Part shown: in pieces, positions 37,395 to 49,151 of the stretch
Position numbering within the stretch: the first letter of the stretch is position 1
Layout of the letters: each line of letters begins with the position of its first letter
Assembly: GCA_030704615.1 (NCBI GenBank)
Contig: CM060732.1
Span: forward strand, 70,556,001 to 70,620,000
DNA from: Takakia lepidozioides
Taxonomy: Eukaryota; Plantae; Bryophyta
DNA length: 64,000 nucleotides
Direction: 5' to 3'
Program-made: the position numbers and the translations under genes
Notes under the pieces: model-generated
Told to the model about the DNA's origin: nothing
What the model saw: the letters and a program-made list of their open reading frames with translations, nothing else
Databases searched by the model: none

Positions 37395-38370
37395 CATATA
37401 CATTTATCCTCATGTTTACCCTGCATCAAGAAGTCCAATATACCCTACTTTTCTGAAGGGTATATCTAATCAGGGTGTATAAGATAACATAGCCACGGTG
37501 GTAGCATTCGACGGCAGTAGCATAGCAACGGTGGTAGCATTCAACGGCGGTAGCATTCGAGGTGACATTTAGCGTTGAGGTACTTTTAGGGAATCTCACC
37601 CATCTAGCAAAATCGAGTAGTTTTCACTACTCACAAGTAGTTTTCACTACTCACAAGTAGTTTTCACTATGCAGAATAAGGGAGGGATTTTTTTGGGACA
37701 TAAGACAAGTGCCCTACGACCTTTATGTGCTAGGTCTTCTCTCCTTTTGTTGTGTTGTTAGGGAGCCTACAGCTGTAAGAAAGCTCCAATCACAGCTAAA
37801 AAAAATGTTACATATCTATCATTCCTAAAATGCCATATAACCCAAAGAAAACCCAAAGAAAACCTCTTCAGATCCTGCATATATTTTTTGAATCTCAAGC
37901 CTCCTTCCTCTTGCATTGGGAATTAAAGCCAAAATATTATGCAATATCTCATCAATTTTCTCTTTTACCATAGATTGTTTCTTTTGTTTTGTATTGGAAA
38001 ACATCACAATTTTAAAAACCATTAAATTGTATATTGATTAAAATAATTATCCATACCCGGAAACTATCCATACCCTCAGGGTATATTTTGGCATATCAAT
38101 GTATGAAGCGAGACGTTTGTTTTGTTTTGTTTTGCTTGTTTTGTTTTGTAGATTTGAGATGTCCCAAACTGCGGGCCCCCACCCTCAGTGCTTGGTCCTG
38201 TTGGAAAGCCCTCGATGAGGAGGGGTTTCAAGATTTGTGGGCACAAGCTACCCTATATATCCGTACCCGGGGGTTACGTAGAAATCTGAAAAGTCAATTT
38301 ATCCATACCCGGAGGGTAAATGATTTGACAAAAATAATTTACTTATACCCTAAGGGTATATTGATCGCGC
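37395..38370. repeat. TACCC/GGGTA-rich DNA-transposon terminal region, inverted relative to 47410-48300
   Basis: Blocks 37400-37560, 37720-38095 and 38255-38365 match the reverse complement of 47410-47560, 47795-48205 and 47640-47790. A repeat module is inserted at about 38095-38230. Confidence 0.75.
37616..37669. repeat. 20-bp minisatellite (AGTAGTTTTCACTACTCACA) x2.7
   Basis: Read directly from the sequence. Confidence 0.85.
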
Positions 38371-38539
38371 AACACTGGTCCAGACCAATAGTAAAGGGGG
38401 TCGCACATCACCCTCGTCATTGTGAACGGACAAGAGCCTCGTAAGGTCAGTTGTCCCCCTCTTTTTCTTTGGTTCCCACACTAATATTTGGAGGTTGCTC
38501 ATGTGGAGTGTTTGTATTAGTGTCCACCTCACGGGCATT

Positions 38540-40900
38540 ATTATGCACATTTCTATAGTTCTCGGCCCACAGTTCCAAATTTTGGAGTGTTGGTAAATGG
38601 AGCCCTTTCCAAGTCTTTCCCTCTTTTCAAATCAGTCCGGCAGGGCTGCCCCCTTGCCCCCTTTCTATTCCTTGTTGCTGCAGATGGATTGGGGCACCCT
38701 CATGGACAAAAGGAATGACTCTGTGGGCTTAATCATTCCTCACTCCCCATCTTTGGACCCCTCTTTTTCTATAAGATCCTCTCTATATGCTGATGAAACC
38801 ACACTGTTCATAGATAACAGTTCAAGTTCCAATGTGTCCTCTACTTTGAGTGCTCTTGGCAATTTCTGTGATGCTTCGGGTCTAAAAATCAACTGGGGAA
38901 AATCAATGGGGCTTCTTAGCCATCTTCCAGACAGCTCCAACTCTAAACACTGCGACTCGTGGGGTGAGGATTTGAGGCTAAATTGGCTCTCTGAAGGGCA
39001 GGCCCATGAATCTATGGACATCAGATTGGGCATGGGCTTTCTTATGATAATCGCTTTTGCTGTAGTTCTTGCCAGACTGAAGAAAAAGTTCTCATTTTGG
39101 ATCAGCTCCATTTACCTCACAGTGGTAGGTGGAGCGCTTGTGGCCAATCAAGTGTTGTTTGCTTCATCTTGGTTCAGTACCGCCGCCGTGTGGTCCCCAA
39201 GTTCCTCTATCATCAGGAAAATTAAATCCCTGACCCGTAACTTCATTTGGGGAGCCAGTGTAGCCTCTGCCAATAAAAGAGCTCTGGTGAGTTGGGCCCA
39301 AATATGCCAAAAAAGGAAACATGGTGGTCTCGGGGTCTTGGATCCGCAATCTCAAATATATGCTCTCTTAGTGAAATGGGTGCCAAGTGTTTTTACCCAT
39401 CTTGCTAGCCCTTGGAGCAGGATTGTCAGACACCACGTGGCGGAAGCCACTCCCAAAACCAGTTCATTATGGCCTCCCTCGCTGAAATGTAGGGTTCAGG
39501 GTGGAAACACCAATCCCAGCCTGATGGTGGGATCAAAGGCTTGGCAAACCATTTGGTCTGCATGGTGTAAGTTGCGAGGATTCCTTTTCTAGACTCAACC
39601 ATCTACTTTCGATGAAGTTATCAGACAACCTATGTTTGGTAATTATAACCATGATTCTGAGAGTCTTGTAAACTGCGTTAAAAAATGGTCTTTTTGGGAG
39701 GCTGCAGGATTATCTCACCTTCTGCACTTTTGGGACCATAATTCCGGTGCAGCCATTTCTTCTGACTCTGTTGCAGTGGGGTTCTCTTGTAGACGTGTCG
39801 CTGCTAGTTGGAACCAGGTCATTGGTAACCTTCCCTCTTTATGGACCAATCTTCTTTCCCAGAGGCATATAAGAAAATACCCTTCTTGGCTGGGATACTC
39901 TGATGGTTCTGAGCTCAAGGCCATATTTTCTACCTCCACTGTTAGTGGCTGCCCTTCGGGTATTGGTTTCAGTATGAGGGGCGAGGGTATCATTCACCAT
40001 CCTATGCCAGTTGTGCTGCCCACCAGTACCCAATGCATTATGACATCAGGGTTTTCTGTTCTATCTTTGGTAAATCCAATCCCAAGCCTCCTCTTGATAT
40101 CCAACATTACTGTAACTCCTTCTGTTGGTTCCTATTTGCTCCAGTGAGCCTTCTTCAGTTTGATCAAGGTGAATGGTACTGGATGAACAAAAACCAGGAC
40201 CACTTCTTCTCTTATATGTGAAATTGGATTACTCCTTGCTAATGCCCAAACAATCATTTGACATGAAATGGTCTAAGAAGTGGAATCACCTCTCCGGTCA
40301 GCCCATCCCATGGAAAGTGGTTTGGGCAGATATCTGGAAGAAACATAGATCTTCTAAACTATATGTTTTTTTCTAGAAGGTTGCAAATAGGATTGTTCTC
40401 GGTTGCAAGTTTATCTCTGACCCTCCTTCCTCATGTGTAACCTGCAATCTGAACTCCCCTGAGGATCTGGAGCACTTTTTGGTTTCTTGCCTTCTTGCTG
40501 TTGTTGTATGGTCCAAAGCTACTTCCTTGTATGCTCTTTGGGACAAAGATCTTACCTTTTCTGTCTCGGCACTGCTGCTCAACATCAAAGAGGGAAGGGT
40601 TTTCTGCACTTGCCCAGTTTGGGAAGCTCTAAGGGACATTGTTCTATGCATTGTTTCCAGAATTCAATCCCTTGTTTGCAGAAAGCTTTGTGCTTAGCTC
40701 ACTCAGACTTATTGTCTGAAGCTCGTAAAGCATGGTTGGTGCTTGTGACAGCTATTTCCAAGTGTAGTCTCAGGAGGAAAACCCAGTTCTTCACTTCCTT
40801 CGACAATTCTTGGGGAAAATTTGGGATCTTCTGCTGCAAATTTTCAGAAGAACGAATTGAGTGGGTCGCAGCTCTCCCTCCCTGCTGGCAGCACAGTTAG
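38540..40900 (+). mobile_element. 5'-truncated L1-like LINE (RT C-terminal half to ORF2 end)
   Basis: SVRQGCPLAP (shifted frame), LYADET, GLKINWGKS, RNFIWG, KHGGLGV and the zf-RVT motif CVTCNLNSPEDLEHFLVSC. Related to the LINE at 21003-22890. Confidence 0.85.
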
Positions 40901-41818
40901 TGCCTGGAACTCACCTCTGGGAGCCCGAGGATGGGGAAGTCAATTGGAGGCATAAAAGAAGCAAGATGAAAGGCAAGTCGAAAACGCAGCTGTCTTTTGA
41001 TAATCCCAAAAGGAAAAGAGGTAGTTAAATTGTTTCTTAAGAGGCAGTTGCTTTTCTACTTCTGGGTAGTTGCAAGATAGAGTGTCTCACTTTCGGCAGA
41101 TGGTGTCGTCCATGAAAGGTTTTTTTTTTTTTTTTTTTTTTTTTGGAGCATATTTTTTCAGTCGATTCTTATAAAGATAGACAATAGTATACTTAATATC
41201 TTTAGTAAAGGGTCTACTAACCCCAAATACTATAGATATTATTTATTTAAAAAATTAATCTTTAATTGGATTTATTTTTTAGGAATCAAATCTTAGAATC
41301 TCAGGACCATTTGTCCACACCTAGCCATCCTAGATTATATGTTTGTAGATTTATCAATAAAAGATGATATCCCAAAACTGCATTGCCTTCTAACAATTTG
41401 CTTGAGATTATGTGTGATGATGAGGAGGCGGTCTTGTAACAGTTGAATCAATTAATTGCGCATCATGAGATCAAAGAGATATGATGACTCCCTAAAGTAA
41501 GAACACCGGTCATACCTCCAAATCAGAAAGGCGGTCCAAGTTCACAAGGCGGCAACAGCACAAGAGGAGCTTCCAGAGGAACAAACACGAGCCTCTGGTC
41601 AGTTTCTCTTCCCAAGAAAGTCTGAAAAATTTCTCGAGCCAGAGACATGAAGATCTTAAGATATTAAACCATTTCTACAAAGGGCGCATATCCATGTCAC
41701 CAATGGAGGTCATCATGCATGTACCGGGTGAGTTTGAGAAATTAAAAAGTTTGGTCAAGGTTGTGGAGTAGAGCGAATTCAATGTTTTTCCAGCCAACAG
41801 GGTTCAACATGAGTCCAA

Positions 41819-42223
41819 ATGGCACACGACACGAGTGACCCAGATTTGGAAGCAATATCATATGCTTTCAGAGGCAAAGTTAAGGCTTTGCATTCTCTGG
41901 TTACGATTGGCAATTACCAAGTAATGGGCCAGATCGATACAAGAGCCATGATATCCGTGATAACAACAACCACAGTAAGAGACTTAGGCTTAATGAGCCG
42001 TGTCACCATTGACAAGGACATGATATATCAGGTAGCTTCAGGTGCTGTTGAGACAGCAATGGGGGTACTTGACAATTTGAAGGTTACAGTGAAAAAACTA
42101 ACTAACATGATCAGTTTTATGGTGGTGGACACTGACACATACAACATGCTGCTCGGACTAGACTTCTTGAAGAAGTTCGGGGCAGCAGTTGATACGGAGA
42201 CAGAGACACTTAGGGTCAGGTAC
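41819..42223 (+). mobile_element. Retroviral-like aspartic protease fragment of a degenerate LTR retrotransposon
   Basis: QIDTRAMISVI (DTG-like) and YNMLLGLDFL. Interrupted at 42224 by a CACTA terminus. Confidence 0.7.
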
Positions 42224-42710
42224 CACTACAAGGGATCGTTTTTCGCACCCAACTCGCGGTTGTGATTTGTCCGAAACGACTGCTCCTGCGACTCCCGGTT
42301 TCGAATGACCACTTGTAAGTCAGCGCAAACAAATTTATGCCATGCAGGCATGGCGGATGAAGATGAAAAGTCGCGGAAACAACTGCGGGTTTCCCGCCGA
42401 TTTATAGGTCAATTTCCTAAAACAGGATTTTTTTTTAATATTATAAAAATTTGCAATTGTTTTAACGACTGTGGGTTGGACCCCCCGGGGACATTTTTAT
42501 TAATTGTAACCCATATGACACTATTTCTTAACTACAATGACACGCGTCGATTTTCTGTAGAGTAAAGAGAGTCTCACTGCTCCATAAGTCGCGGTGAGGG
42601 GGCTGAGGACTTAGCAAGATTTGCAAGTCAGACGCGACCCCCATCTCCTTCGTCTTCCCTTCCCTCATCTACTGCAAACTATTCAGAATAACATCTGGTA
42701 AAATTCCAGC

Positions 42711-43100
42711 TTTGACAATGTCCCCATGGACTTCCTTGCCCTTATCCAGCGCTGCCAGGCTCACACACACCTTGCAAATCTAACCTAGGGTGATCTAGTC
42801 GGACTTCACCCCTTCCCTCATCATTTGCTCAGAGGTCTCCAAAGCCTCCTTCTTGCGCCCCTGCTGTACATAAGCTGTGATATCGCAATCCAAGACACCA
42901 CACCTCGTTCGGCCATATTGTCCAACATTCCCTTTGCATCCTCGATGCTCCCACATGTTGCATACATGTTCATCAGAGTAGTGTTCAGAACAACATCTGG
43001 TACGATTCCAGCTTCGACAATGTCAGCATGGACCTCTTTGCCTTTTTCTAGGGCTGCCAGGATCACACACACATTGCAAACACAAACATGGGTGATGTAT
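42711..43100 (-). pseudogene. PLS-class PPR fragment (minus strand)
   Basis: ITHVCVCNVCVILAALEKGKEVHADIVEAGIVPDVVLNTTLMNMYATCGSIEDAKGM. Frameshifted. Confidence 0.85.
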
Positions 43101-43349
43101 TTCCTGTATCGATGTATAAAGGGAGTGGCAGCGGGCAGGAAGGAGAAAGCACCGCCTGACTCCCAATGATTAAGAACACGTAATCCAAGAATGCAGAGTG
43201 AAGAGCTAACAACAAGAGGAGTGAAGAGAGAAAGCTTTCGGGATTGAAACCCTAGAGAGAATGCTGCTTCAGAATCTCTGAGTCGAGAACGGATGTGCAT
43301 GAAAAGAAAAAGGGTAATGAAGGAAGAGGGGGCTGCACTCGTCGCAGTA

Positions 43350-43760
43350 GGGTTGACATGTATGCTAAATGTGGGTGCATTGAGAATGCAAAGGGAGTGT
43401 TTGACCTAATGGCTGAACGAAATGTGGTGTCTTGGAGCACAATGATTGCAAGATATGCACAGCATGGGTGCGGGATGGAGGCTATGGAGACATATGAGAA
43501 AATGGTGGAAAGGGGTGAAGCCCAACCACATCACATTTATTTGTGTCTGCAATGCGTGTGCAAGTCTAGCAGCCCTGGAAAAGGGCAGAGAGGTCCATGG
43601 TGACATCATCAAAGCGGGAATTGAACCAAATATTGTTATGAACAATACCCTCATGGACATGTATGCCAATTGTGGGTGCATCGAGGATGCAAAGGGAGTG
43701 TTCGACAATATGACTGAAGGGGATCTGGTATCTTGTAACGCCATGATCACAGGATATGCC
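43350..43760 (+). pseudogene. PLS-class PPR fragment (plus strand)
   Basis: VDMYAKCGCIENAKGVFDLMAERNVVSW..GVKPNHITFICVCNACASLAALEKGREVH..MYANCGCIEDA. One frameshift. Confidence 0.85.
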
Positions 43761-44680
43761 CTCTTTTCAGCTTGTTCTGCCCTCTCATCGGGCTCAGCCC
43801 TGAATTTGCATATTGAATTTTGTAAGTTAGCTCGTAGGGTGGATCTGTGGTGGTTTGTGGTGAGGGCACCTCCTTCTTCGACCTGTTTCAGCCTGTTTGG
43901 TCCTCTCATCAGGCTCAGCCCTGAATTTGCATATTGAATTCCGTAAGTTAGCTCGTAGGGTGGATCTGTGGTGGTTCGTGGTGAGGGCACCTTATTCTTC
44001 GACCTGTTTTCAGCCTGTTTTGACCTCTCATCAGGCTCAAGCCTGAATTTGCATATTGAGTTCTGTAAGTTAGCTCGTAGGGTGGATCTGTGGTGGTTTG
44101 TGGTGAGGGCACCTTCTTCTTCGACCTGTTTTAGCCTGCAGTTTTGCCCTCTTTTCAGCCTGTTTTGCCCTCTCATCAGGCTCAGCCCTGAATTTGCATA
44201 TTGAATTCACAAGAGCTCGTAGGGTGGATCTGTGGTGGTTTGTGGTGAGGGCACCTCCTTCTTTGACCTGTTTCAGCCTGTTTTGCCCTCTCATCAGGCT
44301 CAGCCTTGAATTTGCATAGTGAATTCTGTAAGTTAGCTCGTAGGGTGGATCTATGGTGGTTTGTGGTGAGGGCACCTTCTTCTTCGACCTATTTCAACCT
44401 ATTTTGACCTCTCATCAGGCTCAGCCCTGAATTTGCATATTGAGTTTTGTAAGTTAGCTCGCAGGGTGGATCTATGGTGGTTTGCGATGCGGGCACCTTC
44501 TTCTTCGACCTGTTCAGTTTTGCCCTCTTTTTAGCCCGTTTTGCCTTCTCATCAGGCTCAACCCTGAATTTGCATATTGAATTCTGTAAGTTAGCTCGTA
44601 GGGTGGATCTGTGGTACTGGTTTGTGGTGAGGGCACCTTCTTCTTCGACTTGTTTCAACGTGTTTTGTCGTCTCATCAGT
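43760..44680. repeat. Tandem satellite of about 121 bp, about 7.5 copies
   Basis: The unit CTCTCATCAGGCTCAGCCCTGAATTTGCATATTGAATT..GTAAGTTAGCTCGTAGGGTGGATCTGTGGTGGTTTGTGGTGAGGGCACCTTCTTCTTCGACCTGTTTCAGCC starts near 43781, 43903, 44025, 44169, 44288, 44408, 44546 and 44671. Confidence 0.92.
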
Positions 44681-46547
44681 GTCATGGTTTTAGTCATGGT
44701 TAACTAGAATTACCTACTTCTAGTTAACTAGGACATTTTGGATATTTATATTTGTATTTTGTGTGTTGGGACTTCATTTGGTCTCACATGCCAAGTGAGG
44801 TGTCAAACCTCACTTAGGACATGGGAATGGGTTTTCCCCTTGTGAGTGTTGAGGAGGGCTCATCTTCTTGTAGTTGAGCCTCCATAAGCCTCTCCCACCT
44901 CCATAGCTCTAGGTATTGAGAGGGAGTGTGATGATGGCTTTGTAGGGTGGATTCCCTTAGCAAAGGTGCCCTTGGCTTGACTTAGTTTATGTGATTGAGT
45001 GGATTCATGAGTGGAGTGTTTCCATTGTGTATTCACTTCCATTATCACTACAAGAAAATCACTTTATGCTTGTGAGTGCGGAGTGTAAGGATTAGTTTTA
45101 GCACTTGTATTGGTGTACACCAAGGAGTGAGAGAGCTAGAAAGCTCAAGTATCTCACAAGGCTTGCAAGGTGTTGCAAGGAGGAGTGTTTTTGCATTGCA
45201 TCAAAGAGGTGGAGAGCTCAAGGAGAGAGCTCTTGAGTTACAAGACTTTGCAGAGGTGGAGAGCTTAAGGAGAGAGCTCTTGTATCACAAAGCTTGCATG
45301 GTTTTGCAAGGTAAGTGCTTATATGTGTACTAAGGGTTTGAGAGCTTGGAAAAGAGCTATTGCATCACAAGAGGAGCGTCTTGTGTATGGAGAAGATAAA
45401 CACTAGGGTTTCAAGAGCAAGCTCTAGTACTTGTTCATGGTGTGAAAGAGAAGCCAAAGAGCGGCACATGCTTGGGTTGGAAACACCATAGAAGGAGTAC
45501 AACAAGGGTAGCTTGAGGAGCATTGAGTAGCTCAAGAGAAGCTAAGAAGTGGTTGTTCTATCCATGGTGAAATGAAGCCAAGTGGGGTTTCATTTGGTTG
45601 ACAAACGAGCAAGCGAAGGCGGCGCTAGAAGGGAGTGTTTTTGCTAGTTCTATGAGTTCTTGGATTGCTCTTGGTGAAGCAAATGATTGAGCAAGCAAGT
45701 GGCGCATGTGTGAAACAAGTGGCGCATGCTTTCCAAGTGTGGCTTCCAATTCAAGCGTGAGGAGAGCTAGAAGGTGAAGTAAGCAAGTTCATCCTTGTGT
45801 ATGAGGTGGTGCATGTTGTGGAAGAAAAGCCAAAGAGCTACATAGGCTAGGGCTTGAAGACAACAAAAACAACCACTTGGAAAGCATCAAGAAGCTTAAG
45901 ATGACTCCAAAAGGAAGCATGTGGGTGAGAATTCTATCCATGATGATGTGAAACCAAGCCTAGAGTATTGAAGAGCTTGGAGCACATGTGGGAGATCATT
46001 GGAGGTGGTCTTCATGAAGAAAGGAGATTGTGGCTTACGGCATGCATAACAACTTCAACCATACATTAGCATATGACAAGACAAGGAAGGGGAAGGTGAA
46101 GCTCATGTATTCATTCCCTTTTTGCTTAAGTTTTGTAGTGGATGGTTGATCAAGCAAGTGATGCTTATGTGGAGCATGCTCTTTAGGGCTTGTGACTTCA
46201 AGTTTGAGAAGATGAGCTCTTGAATAGAGGTGTGGATACACATTATGATGAATGAAGAGAACACCTAGGTCAAGAGGTGGAAGTGTGTGTGACTAGCCCA
46301 TGCAAGGGAAAGCACATGGAAGATGACATACAAAATTCAAATTCAAGCAAGGCTTGACGCTTGTCATTGGGCACATTAGCTTGCTATGAGTTCCAAGGAG
46401 ATCAAGAGGAACTTGTCAATTTGGGATGAATGCATTGCAAAGTAAGATAATGCAATCTTGCATGCATGTTAGGGGGGAAGATACCATGAAGAAGGTGTTT
46501 CTTACTATACTCTACAAACCCTAGTCTCCATACTCTTCAAGAAACTG

Positions 46548-46715
46548 TGTATGGGCTCCCTCTGCCCATCATACACTTTTGTGAACAGAGTATGGAACCC
46601 CTCTGCCCAACATACTCTTTTGTGAACAGAGTATGGGCCCCCTCTCCCCAACATACGTTTTTTGAACAGTGTATGGGCTCTCTCTGCCCCACCATACATT
46701 TTTTTGAACAGTGTG
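46548..46715. repeat. Minisatellite of about 41 bp, x4
   Basis: GTATGGGCTCCCTCTGCCCA.CATACA.TTTTGTGAACAGA is repeated. Confidence 0.85.
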
Positions 46716-47409
46716 TGGATACAAGTGGAGAGACTTTGCCTACCATACGTTTTCATTAGAAGTGTATGACATCTAGGGTGTATTTGGAGGAGTATTGCCT
46801 TTGGAGGATCTTTGGGGGGTCCTTTGAGGAGCTTTTGTAAGACACTTGAAGAGCTCTTGAAGGGGTGTTTGGAGGACTTTTTGGAAGACTATTGGAGGTC
46901 TTTGAAGACCAATATTTGGCAAACATTTGGAGCCTTTGGAGGGCTATTTGGAGGACTATTTTGGGGTCCTTGGAGGCTAATATTTGGCGAGAGCCTTAGT
47001 GAGATTATTTGAGAGACCTTGGAAGGTAGTTCTGTTTGTTGGTCATGAGCAAGGGCGTTTAGAGATAGGGGGAGACTAGTGGGACGAGAGCATTCTGGGA
47101 TTAGGAATTGCTTTAGTCTCTCTTCCCCATAGTCTTCCACCCTCTATGTAGGCCAAAACCTTTCCGTAGGTGGAGGCAAAAGTCAGTCCGAGTTTGGGCT
47201 GGGGTGTCCTTGCAGGAGCGACACTGTGGAGTGTTTTTTTTTGTGTGGGGGAGTTACTGTCTTGATTTTCTTGTGTTTGGATCCCCCCACACCTGCATGC
47301 TTGACTGTGTGCCATGTCAGTTTTGTGTGGGCGCTTGTTTTCATAGGAGGTTGGTCCGGATTTGATCACCGGCCAATCCTAGAGCATGATGTCGGTGGTG
47401 AGGCTGGCT

Positions 47410-49151
47410 GCCGTCGAATGCTACCGCCGTTGGTATACTACTGCCATCGAATGCTACCGATGTGGCTATTTTACCTTATATACCCTGATTAGATATACCC
47501 TTCAAAAAAGTAGGATATATTGGACTTTTTGATGCAAGTAAATATAAGGATAAAGGTATACATCCAAGTACCTAAACTTGCCACACCAGGGTATACATAT
47601 ATCAATATACCCTGATATACCCGTCGGGTATATCAGGGTAATCAATATATCCTTAGGATATAAGTAAATTATTTTTCTCAAATCATTTTCCCTCCAGGTA
47701 TGAAAATTGAAATCTCAAAAAATTATTTTCCCTCCGGATATGGATAAATTAACTTTTCAGATTTCTATGTAACCCCCGGGTATGGATATATATGCCAAAA
47801 TATACCCTGAGGGTATGAATAGTTTCCGGGTATGGATAATTATTTCAATTAATATGTAATTTAATGGTTTTAAAGAATATATGATGTTCTTCAACATGTA
47901 CAAAACACAAAAAAAAAAATGTATGGTAAAAGAGAAAATTGATAAGACATTGCATAATATTTTGGTCTCAATTCCCAATGCAAGATGGAAGAGGTTTAAG
48001 AATCCAAAAACAAAAATCCCCCCCTCAAGGCCTAAATTTGTGGGCTATCGCTCCCATATGCGAGATCTGAAGTGGCATTCTTTGGGTTATATGACATTTT
48101 AGGAATGATATATATGTAGCATTTGTTTCAGCTGTGATTAGAGCTTTCTTACAGCTCAAGGCTCCCTAACAACACAACAAAAAGAGAAAAGACCTAGCAC
48201 ATAATGGCTATGAGGGCACATAAAGGCCCTTATATACCCTGATTAGATATACCCTTCAATTTAACATATACCCTTCAGAAAAGTAGGGTATATTGGAGCC
48301 TCTCATTTTACAATATTTGCGACCTTATGGCACACGCGCGAGCTAACCGGTGGGCCCCGCGCACGGACGCACGGCTCCCCCCACCCCGCCCCGCCCAGCC
48401 GCGCCCGCGGCAGCTCCGCCGTGCCCTTAGTCCGCCGCGGCCAATCTGCCCGCCTGTCCGCTGCCCATGAGTCCGCTTCCCCTCAGTCTGCCAGTTCGCC
48501 AATTTGCCGGCCAGTATGCAGACTAGTCAGTCCGCTTTGCCAGTCCCCTCACGTCCACTTTGCCAGTCTACCCGCCAGTCCGCTGCCCATGAGTCCGCTT
48601 TCCTCCAGTCTGCTCACGACGGCACATCTGGACCGTCCGTTCCTAAATCCCATTTGGGCCCTCCATTTTTAGGGCATGAATTCAAACCTTATCCATGCCG
48701 CCTGCCACTTGGCAGCAGCCACGAACGTGCGCACTGTTGCTCCTTGCACGTTGTCCATCGTGTACAGTGTACTGCGGCGCGTTTCTTGCAGGTTCAGAAG
48801 CGTGTCCTTTGTACTGTACAGGACATGGACGTGGAAGCAGAAGGCGACGATATACTAAAAACGGAAAGCTCGCTTATACGGCCTCTTCCACAATGTTTGC
48901 AAACACCAAAACCAGGACCTTTCAACACGAAGGACCTCCATTGGAAGAGAGAGACGACGCAAAATGGGTATATGGGTGTGCAAGTGAATGTTCACAAGGC
49001 CTGTATACCATGGGATAGAGTTGATGACTTTGTCCTTGGAGAGGAGAGTTTGGTGGACTACCCCACTTAGTTCTGGGTGAATGTGCAACCCAGCATGCGA
49101 AAAGAGCCGAGAGCCAACACATTTCTGAACAGTACCCTGTGTGCACCATCC
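47410..49151 (+). mobile_element. MULE/SWIM-like DNA transposon 5' end with transposase N-terminal fragment
   Basis: About 48825-49150 encodes FNTKDLHWKRE..KACIPWDRVDDFVLGEESLVDYPT*F, resembling the N-terminus of plant SWIM zinc-finger MULE-related proteins (IPxxRVDDFVxGE..PTxF). It is preceded by a GC-rich block and TACCC-rich subterminal DNA. The candidate terminus CCTAAACTTGCCACACCAGGGTATA at 47571 also occurs at 26842. Confidence 0.55.

Larger units (their letters stand above)
42224..44690. mobile_element. Second CACTA-like element (left end only) with PPR fragments and satellite
   Basis: CACTACAAGG begins about where protease homology stops. Internal cargo (PPR, 121-bp unit) is shared with the 32097-37087 element. 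No matching right TIR or TSD found. Confidence 0.55.

Noticed and set aside
41119-41144. Poly-T tract as the tail of the 38540-40900 LINE
   Set aside because: Wrong strand for a plus-strand LINE tail, and no associated minus-strand element was recognised.
43760-44680. CRISPR-like array
   Set aside because: Units are contiguous near-identical 121-mers with no unique spacers, no cas genes are present and the context is eukaryotic.
45046-45060. CACTACAAGAAAA as a third CACTA terminus
   Set aside because: No partner TIR, TSD or subterminal repeats. It is embedded in compositionally uniform sequence.
44700-46520. LTR or UTR of a large retrotransposon
   Set aside because: The CAAG/CTTG-rich composition is suggestive, but no PBS, PPT, second copy or TSD could be identified.
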